Positions 40,144 through 51,510 of a stretch of 64,000 nucleotides of DNA are shown one piece after another; position 1 is the first letter of the stretch; every line of letters starts with the position of its first letter. The translations under genes were made by a program, and so were the position numbers. Under the pieces are notes generated by a model. The model ran no database searches. It saw only the letters and a program-made list of their open reading frames with translations, and was not told the DNA's origin. Source of the stretch: Tricharina praecox (lineage: Eukaryota); the NCBI RefSeq assembly GCF_024521635.1, contig NW_026250437.1, positions 1-64,000 on the forward strand, in the 5' to 3' direction.

Positions 40144-41770
40144 CTTTCCTTTTTCTTTTTCCGGCTTTTTCCGACTTTTTTCGGTTTTTTTTCTGGGTAT
40201 TTACTTGGCTCTTCGGGTTTTCTTTGCTTCGGAGTTTGTTTTTGTTTTGCATTCCGCATTCTGCGTACTGGCGTCTTGCTTATCTTTTGCTTTGCTTTCA
40301 TGACGGGTTTTCTCATGATAAGGGATTTGGAGGGAGCGGTATTTGGAGTGGGGGATTTGGAGGAATGGCCGGCTGGAGTTTGTTGATTCGGGATTTCTAT
40401 GTATTTGTGTGGCTAGAGGAAGGTGGATATGGAGGGGATATGGAGGGAATAATTGGCAGGATTGACAGGTTGGATTGGCAGGTTGGACGGGAATGCGGGA
40501 ATGCAGGAAATGAATGGGACGTGGCACGGGGCGCGGGAAAGCTGATTTTTTTTGGTTTGTCGCGGGTTTTGATTTGGGGATTTTGTATTGCGGTCTGATT
40601 TTGGTTTTTGGTTTTTGGTTTTGATTTTTGATTTTTGCTAGCGGGAGTTTCTATGGGAAGATGGGAAGATGGGAGGATTGGGAAGGATCACGACTCACGG
40701 CCGGGAAAATGGACGGGGGTACGGGGGGAGGGGTAGATAGTGGGGTGGAAGAGGTTATGTAACTGCCATGACCTAGCATTTAAGGTCGAATGCGATGATG
40801 ATCAAAATCAAATAAAAAGCAGAAAAAAAAGGGACCGGTGGGCGGGGCGCGGTGGAAATGGTGGGAGGGAGGGGGATTGCAGTGGGCATGGATATGGACG
40901 GAGGATTTTGGGTTTCATTCAGTTCTCCACTCCATTTCTTTTTTTTTAGAATGTTTTTTTATATCGAATTCTAGAAGGACGTTTGGCACAACGATTACTC
41001 TAAAAATTTCAAAGTATGAGAGTCATCTCACGAACCGACCTATCGCCGTACGATTGGCCGTCGACGACCGACCGATCGACCGGCCAGCCGGCCGGCCGGA
41101 CTGACTGAGGCAACTCGAAAGCCCGGCCACCAACCAACCAACCAAAAACCCGACCGAATGCACAAGACTGCGCAAGACTGCGAAAGATTTGCGTTTGGCG
41201 GAGCGCTGGTAGAGACACGCGTCGTTCCTTTGTCTTTTGCTTTTGCTTTTGCCTTTGCTTTGCCATAGATACCGGTATCTGATCCACGGTGGCCATCGAG
41301 TGGTCGCTGGTGGTCATTGGTGGTGGCGGTGGGGGAGGGGAAGGGGAGGGGGAGGGGGAGAGAGTTGGCAGACTGTCAATCAATGAGTATCCAAGTATTT
41401 ACCTTATCGAAATACTTGACCAAGTATGTACTTGAGTATGTATGTACCTCAGCACCTGTGTATCTGGCGGTATGTACGGTATGTATGCACGCCGATCCTC
41501 CTTTCGATAATCCCCAGCATCCAATCCAGCATCCGGCACTTCCCGCACTTGACTTCCAATCGAATCGGCCGTTCCAAGTTCCCATCCTCCCGGTCGACGC
41601 TACGGAGCAAGAGGAGCAGGAGTAGCAGTGGGAACGCAGCCAATATGCGAGGTGGCGCCTGTCTTTGTGCCTGTCTCTGCTGCCTGCGTCTCTATCTGTG
41701 TCTCCTTGGCTCTATATGTAATTGTCTCTGTCTGTGTGTCTGCTGTGCGTTACATAGGATACATGATGTA

Positions 41771-42412
41771 AAGTACTAGGTCAAAAGTTTTTGTACAGGG
41801 GCCGTTTTACACCAAAAATGCCCATTTTCAAGCAACCAAAAAACACCCTTCACGTGGCGGAAAAACATCAAGTCTTTCATAGAAGCTTCAGAATCGCAAG
41901 ATGCATCACATATAAGAATTCCGACGACTTTTGCTCCGGACTGGAGGCGCATGGTATGGTGTTGTGCACGGGTTGGAGAGTGATTTCAGATTTTGTATGG
42001 GGCCCCCACACAAAATTGTTGCGACAACCAGTTTCAACACCAACTTTTCTCCCATACGGTGTTACTCAACCACAGCAACTCAGAATTATGTGCCGATTTC
42101 GATTAAGGTGCTCTACCTGGTTTGGGAGACCTTCTGATGGCCCACATATATTTATACTACCTTATGGTTGCTGCATCTACGGCGGAAAATGACCTTCCTC
42201 GGTGGAAGGGAAATCCGCCAAGCCACCCTACTTCGCATATAATAATCAGCCCAGCGAGCTGGAAGTCTCATTGAAGCTTTAATGTTATGTATTCATGATA
42301 TATGCCAATTATTACTACTTATAATGTGTAGTTGTTGTGTGTTAGAGAGGTATATGTCTGTGGTGTGGTGGCGCTGTTGGGGAGGTGTACAAAAACTTTT
42401 GACCTAGTACTT
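41771..42412. mobile_element. 642-bp non-autonomous TIR DNA transposon, copy 2 (inverted relative to copy 1)
   Basis: Reverse complement of 28539-29180 with two substitutions found (41889 vs 29062; 42285 vs 28666). Same 27-bp TIRs, TA at 41769-70 and 42413-14. Confidence 0.92.
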
Positions 42413-45400
42413 TAGCTTCGAGTGACGCTGGCCGGCCGATTTCGATTTCGATCCCACTCCGACTGAGACTGACGTCGAGGCTGCAGACTCGATCGAATGC
42501 GGTCCCCTCCAGTCTGGTACAGCCTTGTTGCGCGGAGGATTCGGTGGGCGGGCACTGGTTCCAGTTCCAAGGTCGAGTAATGCAAGTACCTAAGAATTAT
42601 GTAGATGGAACTTGGAGGTGGATGCCTTGATCGAAAGCCTCCCCTACTTCTGCCCGTTGTGACGAATCTTCCGAGGAAATGTGCTATGGGCTAGCCCGAC
42701 GTGGTGGCCGGTGAGCGGGCGATTCCCGATTCCAGGTGAGACAACGGCGACCAACACCAACACCAACAGCAACACCAACTCGGTTGTATAGGTACTCGAG
42801 GTACCGTATCTTGTTTGCGCCGCGACGTACCTATTACCTATCGAAAATAGCAGACTGGACTGCGATCCGGCCACTGAGTCAACACATGTACTACCGTATG
42901 TAGAGTACTGTTTTTCCTGTCCTGCACTAGCGGGCGTCGCAACACATTCGGCCTCGTCCCGGACGCAGAGAGTGGAGAGAAGAGGAAAGCGCAGGCCCGC
43001 AGGCCGCAGCGCCACACGAAGGGCAGCTTAGCAAGCTTAGCAAGCTGATTCGACCGCACACCGGAAGCATCGGTGGGGTGTGTAAGTGATGGTGGGCTGT
43101 CGTTCGCTCTATGCCCCCCTGCCCTTAAAGTTCCTCCGTTCCTTCGGGCGGGCTCGTAATCGTTGATTCGAAGGTTCGGTTATCGGCGGGGGCGACCGAT
43201 GTCTTAATTTCCCCTCCCTTCCTCTGCCGACATGTTCTCTTTCTCCCTTCCTCCCTCCGTCAGGCCCCCCGCGTGCACGGCTCTTATTTGCTGTTGGTAA
43301 GACTCCCTTCCAGTCTCGGGTGGCGCAGCAGCAGGGAATACAACATCCCGCACACGCAGGAGCAAGCAGCATTGCAGCGCTGCAGCGCTGCAGCAAGCTT
43401 TGAGTTAATCTGCTCTGTTTTTAGCCCAACATGATGATCATGTTCGTTCGATGCGATGCGCGCGGACGGACGGCAGGAGCCAGCACTAGTGGGGATTAGG
43501 TACACTACCGTATGTAGGGCTGAGTGACGTATTGGCGTCAGGGAATCGCTGACTGGAAAGCAAAAGCAAAAAAAAACAAACAGCAAAAACAAAAAAACGA
43601 TAAGCTGTGTGTACTTTATGTCAGTGGGAAAAGCGGGGAAGCGAGACGGTTTACCGCACCGGGAATAACCGTAACCGTAACTATAACGTCATGATCGGAT
43701 GTTATGTAGAGTAGATATGCTGGCTGGCAGTTGGTGGCGACGGCGTTTGACGGGAGGAAACGAACAGACAGGATGCGCGATATCTACTGCGACGGTGATC
43801 GTGACGAGGTAAACGAACGGTTTCGGGAGATGGCGATGGCGCGGCGAGAAACCTGGTGGCGAGGACTTGTCGAGAGTAGAGTACCGTATTCGGGGGTGGC
43901 GGCCCTGTAAAGTGTCTGAACGGAAGAACCCTAGCCTCCCCCTCCTCCCCCTCCCCCCAAGCCAAATGATATTGTCTCGTCCGTACCTTGGTAGACCATC
44001 GAAGTGTGTGTGTAGATGTGGCGGCCGTATGTATGTACAGTACATACAACCGTCGTAATCGAATCGATGCGATGCGGGATCCTGCCCCTCTGTTGCCAAG
44101 TTCAACCGCGTCAGATCGTGAAGATAATGTCAAGGAGGGCTGAGGGCTGTGATGATAAGGCTTAGCCAACCATTCACGGTGGACGTGTCGTAGGTAGATG
44201 GAGCAGTGAAACATCGCCAGCCGTTATCGTCTGTCTCCGCGCGCGCGCTTGGAGATAATCTGTCATCATGTACGTCCATCCATCTATCGACGAGTGAGTT
44301 GTTATGGCTGTTGCTGGCGGAATCCTAAAACTTATGTGCGGTTAGCTTGCGTTTTAGAGCGAAGATGAGTAGTGAATAGGTACTTGAGAGTAGATGAGCA
44401 GTTGAGCGTGAATAGGCAGGTACACCTACCGAAGCGGCCAAGTGCAGAGTCGATGGGCGCCGGCCGGCCAACTCGGACGAAGCCGACGCCCGTCATCGTC
44501 GTCGTTGTTGACGGGCGAGAGCCTCTCTCTCTTCCCGTTCATGACGGAATGAGACGAAGACTCACTGCCACGAGGGTAAACCCATGAAGATCCACCCCCA
44601 AAGCGCGGCTTGGCGGCTAATTAGCCGTCTTAGCTCCCCAGTTCTGCCCATCCACCATCCATAGATCACCTACAAGATCAAGCTAGTTATCATAGTAGTT
44701 AGTGTAAACTTCTTTCGCAAACGTATCTCGGCCGTGTTCGAACCCGCCCTCGCCCCGCTCCCGCCCCTCTTCGGCTTCCTTCATATTTATGCCGGAAGTG
44801 CAACCACAGCAATGTGCATTTGTAAGCTCCATCGAGCGAGGGAGAGAGGTCTCGGTCGAGTGATGACGCGTGATCACCGTGGTGGAGAGACGAAGGAATG
44901 GGAGGAGTAGGGACCGCCGATGGTGGTGGCAGTGTTAGTGTTGGGGAGAGACCGGCTAGGGCGGACTGCCGACAGCGATATCTGGTGGTGATGGTAGTGG
45001 TGGTACGTATACCTACGTTGGTGGAGGATTGATGGTGAATGGACTCTCCAAGCCGTCGGTATCGGTGTGCTGGCCAGCTCGGACGGCAAAGCTTCACTCC
45101 AAGAATTCACTGAGAGTGCTAGCCTCCAGGCTATCCCGACTGCTGGTCTCGGCATGCAAACGCTGGCTGGCTAGGTACTAGAATCACGGCAGTGGTTGAC
45201 GTCGCTGGGGAGAGGGGGGGATCGAAGTGAACGGTAGTTAGTGTCGTTTGGAGCTTGGAGTACCCATTCAACCGCCGATGCAAACCAGCAACGAGAGTCA
45301 TCGTTGTTGTCGTCGTCGTCGTACCCCTTCCCCCCCTCCCTCCGTCCCTCCCGCTCACTCACCCCGAACCCAGTCTCATCCGGCCCCCAACTCCATGCAT

Positions 45401-46929
45401 CAACTGGCGCACCCCACCACACCATTATACCAGTGCCGGGGCCGACACCGTAGAGAATGGCTGAATGACTGACATCATGTGCCCTTGTGCGTGTGCGTGT
45501 CCGTGTGTGTGGAAGGGAGTGTGGATGGGTTGGGTTGGGTTGGGTTGGGATGGGAGCTCTCGTCCGAAGGACTAGGACTTAACGATCTCCATGGGTTCCA
45601 TGGGTGTGTATGTATGGTGTGCATGGACGTTGGCGGGCTATCCGTGGTGGAGGCGACTGATTTGTTATATATAAGGGCTTGTCCGGCCCCGACCTCCTCC
45701 TGCTCAGTGAGGAAGTTCAACAACCCGGAAATCTCAGGCGACATCGGGAAGGAAGGAACGGCGAAGACGGGTGGAGTAGGAGGAGGAGAATGAGGAGGAG
45801 GACGATGAAGGGGAGGAGGAAGAGGAAGAAGACGGGCGGGTTGGGAATGCTGGGTGGTGGTGGTGGATATGCAAAGCTGGCCCGAAGAAGCGTGGACCGA
45901 ACGAACGATCCGGGGACTCCTAGTGGGAAGTTTGCGAGGGCCGTCGAAACGAAACGAAACGACAGAACGAAATCGCCATCGCCATCTCCACCGACACCTT
46001 ATAACCGACAGCGGCGGGGGATATAATGGAGAGAGAGGAGGTTGGCACTTGAAGGTGGAGAAGCCGAAAGAAAAAAACGATGTGGACAAATATGCGTTGC
46101 ACCGAGGCACGGACGGAGGACGCTTTGCTGTGTGATTGGTAGTGGGGAGGGCACGTGCGGAACATGAAACGTCTTCGCGGAGGGTGTGGACGATCTTGAC
46201 TGGGATCGTGGAGTGGTGCCCGGAGGGACATGGGCTGTACTTACGGGTACTCAGTAGGGATATATTGACCGAAGGTTGGTGTATAACGGCGAGGAGGGAT
46301 GGCCAAGTCCGAAGTGAGAGAGTGTACGGCTCCATCATAGTAGCTAATGACTTAGTGTAGATACATCGAGAGGGAGATGAAGACAATGAGTATGACGAGT
46401 ATGATGAGGATGGCGGTGGTGGTAGTGATGGTGGTAGTGATATGATGATTCACACGAGCGTATATATACTTTGATACATCTACAAATGCATAGCACGCTT
46501 GGGTACACAATACCATCCATATACTTTGAGACTTTGAGCCCGTGAAGACCGCCATTTCCTTGTACGAATATCTAGCATGGACAGACAGCTGGCGAAAGAT
46601 CCCCTGGCCCATACTGAGCAGTGATCAACAAACCAAAGACCGAAGACTAGGTATATCGGTGATCAACAGCCGGATCACCACGTAAGAGGAGGCGTAGACA
46701 TGTACAGCGTGTTATCTCCGATCCATAATAGCGGTAATCCACACGATTTCCCGGTATTCGGACATCGATCCAGAACGGGAGAGTGAGGAGAGGTGGCGAG
46801 GCTCCTCGGCGCCACGTCCGCTGGGTATTTTTGTAGCACGCACAAAGGCGACTTGTAGATACATCGTTGTGTCCTACTCCTACATCCCACATGCTACATA
46901 CCTGGACGGCGAACCTGTAAAACCTGTAA

Positions 46930-47483
46930 TTAGCCACTCGTCCACCCATACCTACCGTACCGTACCGCACCGTGCCACTGGTGGATATTTTTCTTCACAG
47001 TGGCACAAAAAAAGTTTCCTTACCCACGGAGACCTGTCCATCCGTGATGGTAATGCCCAGCAGCAGCAGCGGTAGTGCCACTACGAGTCGGTCGTTATGC
47101 AAACCACAGGTGGCCAACAAAGCCGTTCGATATCTCCAAGTATCTTCCAAGCCAGGCTGTGGGGATTCGAGTGACTTCGTTGCGGGTAATATAGCTGCTC
47201 AACCGCTTATTCATCCTTCCTGTCACTGAAGAGTGCGGGGCTCGGGGTCATTAGCCACTTATCCACGGTCCACCCATACCCCGCCGTGCCACTGGTGGAT
47301 ATTTTTCTTCACTGTGGCACAAAAACGTTTCCTTCCTTGCCCACAGAGAGGTCCTAGATACTTACGCTCCTGTCTATCCGTGAGGGGAATGCCCAATACT
47401 GAATAGCGGCAGCGAGAGGTGGTCGCGGTGGTGGTGCCACGGGTCGGTCGTTATGCACATTGCAAACCACAGATAGCCAACAA
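46930..47483. repeat. Diverged direct duplication of a ~200-230-bp hairpin-containing unit (46930-47120 and 47251-47483)
   Basis: Shared blocks in the same order: ttagccact, gtccacccatacc, cgtgccactggtggatatttttcttcac(a/t)gtggcacaaaaa, atccgtga, gtcggtcgttatgca, tgcaaaccacag, gccaacaa. Confidence 0.85.
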
Positions 47484-48099
47484 TAGATACAACACTCGGC
47501 GGGGGGTGGTGGGAGACTGGGAGTGGCCATTGAGTCGATTCTCGCAGGCGGACAGGTCACATACTTGATTGTCACTCCTCCGCAAAGAAAATCCGGTGGC
47601 ACAGTGAATGAAAAGCGGCAGTCAGTAGCGTAGTGCGATGTAAAGTGTGTGTAGGATCTAGACGAGTGGCAGATGGGACGGTCGAAGTGCTTGGAATCTG
47701 GGAAATCGATTCTACTGGTAAGATTCCGAGTGATCGCGAAGTGACGGCCGAAAAGGGATTGCACGTGCACGTGCACCACGCGACCGACCTAACCACCACA
47801 CACCCGCGTGCGCTCTCGCCCGTAAGTAAGATACACCGAGTCCGTTGCGCTTCATAAGCACCGCTATTCCGCCCACGTGTCTCCCGCGTTTCCTTGCACG
47901 TTCTTTGTACTGTTTCATTCCACCCGCTTTGAGCTTGATTTTTGACCCTTGCATCGTCGCACGGACCACCACCAGCCTTAAGTTAATCGACAAACTAGAA
48001 GTCGAGTACTAGTAGATAAACTTTCCCCCGCCGGAGCCCCACGTCGACAATTCCACGCACGCAACGACAATCACCACCACCACGCCGCCAGTGCTCACG

Positions 48100-49256
48100 A
48101 TGTCGTCCTCAATCCCCGGGCCCCGGGACCTCCCCGTCTCCCGCCACGACCTGAGCACCTACTGGGGCCGCGTCAAGCACAGCGCGGACCTCTGCGATCC
48201 ACGGTAGACCACCCGCACCCGCGTGCCCCCACTCCCACTCGCTGACCACTCGTCCAGCACGCTCTTCACCTCGTCATCCACGCTCACAGCGTCGCAATCG
48301 TCGCTCTCGGCGTACAAGCACGGCGCGCTCCCCTCCATGACGCCTTCGCTCTGGAGCGCAAAGAAAGTCTGCGACGCTACCTTGCACCCGGACACGGGGA
48401 CGCCGGTCTTCCTGCCGTTCCGCATGAGCGCCTTCATCTTTAGTAACCTGGTGGTCACCGCGGGAATGCTGCAGCCCGGACTCACCACGCGCGGCGTCAT
48501 CGCTTGGCAGATCACAAATCAGACGCTTAACGTTTGCATCAACTCTGCAAACGCCAATAAGTCCTCCCCGCTGTCGATGACGCAGCTAGGGACGAGCTTT
48601 GTACTCGCGGTTAGCGCGAGTTGTGGTGTCGCTGTGGGGCTGGGGAAGTTGGTTGCGAATTTGAAGGTCGCCGATGTCGTTGATGGGAGGAAGGTCGGCC
48701 GTGGGGTCACCCCCGGGATGAAAATGGTGCTCGGAAGGCTGGTGCCGTTCGCGGCGGTGGTGTCGGCCGGTATCGTCAATGTGGGGTTGATGCGCGGGGG
48801 CGAGATCGCGGCGGGGATAGATGTGTTCCCGTTGAAGAAGGCGCACGCGGACGACGACAAGAGCGACGGAGGACCGGCCGAGAGCTTGGGTAAGAGCAGG
48901 AAGGCGGCGATTCTGGCGGTCGGCGAGACCGCGGTCAGCAGGGTGCTCAATGCTACACCTATCATGGTCATTCCCCCGTTGCTCCTCATGCGCTTGCAGA
49001 GGACAGAGTGGATGAAGAGGAGGCCGGGCATGGCGCTGCCGGTCAATATCGGTATGTCTCTCTTTCTCCTTCTCCTTCTCGACATGTTCGCTAATTCTAT
49101 CCTCCAGGTCTGATCTTCGCCACCTCTATCTTCGCGCTCCCCCTAGCTCTGGGAGCATTCCCGCAACGCCAGGCCGTCAAGGCCGATAGTCTCGAGCCCG
49201 AATTCCACGGTCGCGGCGGCGTCGACAGCAAGGTCGAGTTCAACCGCGGCATTTAG
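48100..49256 (+). CDS. FSF1: Sideroflexin, mitochondrial inner-membrane carrier (~348 aa; exons 48100-48203, 48258-49051, 49108-49256)
   Basis: Motifs DLSTYWGRVKH...DPRTLF, LHPDTG.PVFLPFRMS, WQITNQTLN...NSANAN and the C-terminal FNRGI, all typical of sideroflexins. Two GT-AG introns. Confidence 0.95.
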
Positions 49257-50349
49257 ATACCATATCATACCTACATACCGGTGCTGTTGTTTGCGGTGCT
49301 TGCTTGGGTCAGTGGAAGTGGACATAGAATTAGAGTTAGATATCCGGATGGCGTGGTGTGGCGGGGTGGGGCGGGGCGGGGCGTAACTACTGTTGAAATC
49401 GATTGTCCGTCAAGATGGAGCGATTTCCGTGCCGTGACACCTATCTATTATACCACTTTCAGTCTGTGCGGTCGGCGTGATGCATCCAATGCATCAAGAT
49501 ACTGTGCATAATCTACCGCATGCACTCACCACTCACCAGATACCGATGCCGCTCCCGTTGTGTGTAGAACGATCCCTCATGCAAGGGAGAGACACAGAGA
49601 CAGCCTCCCATCCCCGGCAAAACTCGCCCTGCCACTCTCCGTTATGCATACATCATGTAGGCGCGTTGCCGGGCGAGACCACAGGCGAGATGCCGGTCAA
49701 GACCTCGGGCTCGGGTATTTGCTTCAGATCATGGTGACACCGAACTGAGCATGGTCGTCGCGAGGGCGTCACCATGCATGTACGTTGTCGGTAGCATCGG
49801 GGAAGTTCGATCTATACTCTATCTGTGTATGGTATACACCTTCATCCGACGACCGCCTCCGGTGCATGCGCGTAACTCAAGCGAGGTTCTGCGAGATTCT
49901 GCGAGAGGGAAATCGCACACTACTACACTACACTGGGTTACGTGCGGAATTCGAGTCCAGGTATGGCATACACACGCACACACGGTTGTAGCATCCTGCT
50001 GGCTGACTGGCTGGACCGTGCGGGGGATCGAGAACACGGGATTTCCGGCACGGGGTAGTTATGGGGCACGGGATGTGGGGTACAGGTAATCGTGAGCCAA
50101 AGCGGAGAGCGCGCACTACAGCAGATCAATTAAGCTCGGTGGGCTAGGAAACCACAGCCAATTCGGTCCTGTGCGCATACGGCGGACAGTGGACTATTTG
50201 TGCACCTATTATTCATACCTATATGAAGCCTGCACGCCCCCAACTGCTCAGCCTAGGTGTCCAGCACCGCAGCCGCAACATCTCCCCTCGCCATATCCAG
50301 CTCCCCCATCTCCCCATCCGCATCCCCTTCCCCGCCACACGTCGCCAGC

Positions 50350-51027
50350 ATGCTCCCCAACCTCAGCCTGCTCAGCGCCCTCGCCGCCTTGGCCTTCCCT
50401 CTCTTCGCCTCGGCGGTCGTCCGTCCCTGCGAGCCCGCCGCAAAGCCCGACTTCTCATTCGCATCCGCCCTCCCACGCAACGAGACGCCCGCGGCATTCC
50501 CGCTGCCGGTGCCCGTGCTCACGGCGGACTTCCGGATGGTCGTCGATCTGAACCCTCGCGTCTCTGTCGGCGCCGGCCCGTGGGGCCAGCGGAACTGGAT
50601 CTCGTTCACTGGCGGGCGGTGGGCGGCGAGCTGGGGGAGTGGGGTTGTTGTTGTATGCTCCCTTAGAAAGCTAGAGAAAGCTGGTGCTGATGCTGTGTAA
50701 ACACAGGAGGGCGGCCAAGACTCGCAGCTCGTAATTGGCGACCTGTCCGCGCGCCTCGACACATCGTACCTTCTCGCGACGAACGACGTTCCGCCAGCGT
50801 ACATAGCGATACGCACGCAGGGGTGGCGGACCGGGCCGCGCGAGGTGCTGGAGCGCCTGGGGAACCCGGCTACGGCGGATGCGGTCGCCCCCGCGGAGTA
50901 TAGCTTCCGCCTTTACATCTCGATGGAAACGGGCGATGGCAGGTATAATCATACCAATACTAAGATGTGGATTGCCTCCGGCGCCAGGCTCGGGTCGAAG
51001 GTGGTTTATGATGCGTATTTGGTGTAG
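50350..51027 (+). CDS. DUF3237 (UPF0311) family protein with predicted signal peptide (~207 aa; intron 50653-50706)
   Basis: Motifs VGAGPWGQRNWISFTGG.W, GGQDSQLV, YLLATND, YSFRLYISMETGDGRY and VVYDAY resemble DUF3237. Hydrophobic N-terminus MLPNLSLLSALAALAFPLFASA. Confidence 0.82.
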
Positions 51028-51050
51028 TGCTGGGGGAGAGAGGGAGGGGA

Positions 51051-51073
51051 GGGGGGGGGGGGGGGGGGGGGGG
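51051..51073 (+). repeat. G23 homopolymer between convergent genes
   Basis: Direct count of the G run. Confidence 0.9.
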
Positions 51074-51180
51074 TAATGATGGGAGGGTTGTGCAGGCGGC
51101 AGTGGGTGGGCTGAAGGAGGAAGAGTGTATGTATTAGCCACCAGCGCATATAAAAAAACAGACGAGTTTGCATCCCGCAC

Positions 51181-51510
51181 CTATTTCCTGAGCCAAACCG
51201 GCCTCACAACCGCCCACTCCTGCTGCTCCGCAGTGATCCACACTCCGCCGTCGACGCATACACTCCTGCGGACCTTGAATACACACTCCGCGCAGGCCCG
51301 ATGGCGACACGGCAGCGGACAGTGCCACTGGTACAGCGGACTGGGCAGCATCCCGCGCTGGTGCAGCTCGTGAAGCGTTTCGGCCGCCGCGGAGGCCGGC
51401 AGCGCACGCCCGAACAGGTAGAACTCTGCTGAGCAGCAGTGGCACGTGAAGGAGAAGTCAATCTTCGTCGCTGTGAGCGGCGCGCACGAGCTGCGGAGTT
51501 GCGGGGGCAT
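51181..51510 (-). CDS. Small Cys-rich hypothetical protein, possible zinc-ribbon fold (109 aa)
   Basis: Intronless ORF with FTCHCC and CPLPCRHRACAEC, GC-rich third codon positions and a pyrimidine-rich upstream leader. Confidence 0.55.
   Translation of the reverse strand: MPPQLRSSCAPLTATKIDFSFTCHCCSAEFYLFGRALPASAAAETLHELHQRGMLPSPLYQWHCPLPCRHRACAECVFKVRRSVCVDGGVWITAEQQEWAVVRPVWLRK

Noticed and set aside
41791..42192. 133-aa ORF (and its 143-aa mirror at 28759-29190) inside the TIR elements as a transposase
   Set aside because: No HTH or DDE motif recognisable. Identity between the two ORFs only reflects recent DNA duplication.
42487..42497. 11-bp ACTCGATCGAA also present at 28524-28534, as a target-site duplication of the large unit
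   Set aside because: It does not abut the right TIR (about 70 bp away), and TCGA-rich words are frequent locally.
45475..46386. 303-aa minus-strand ORF
   Set aside because: A mosaic of simple repeats with no protein-family features.
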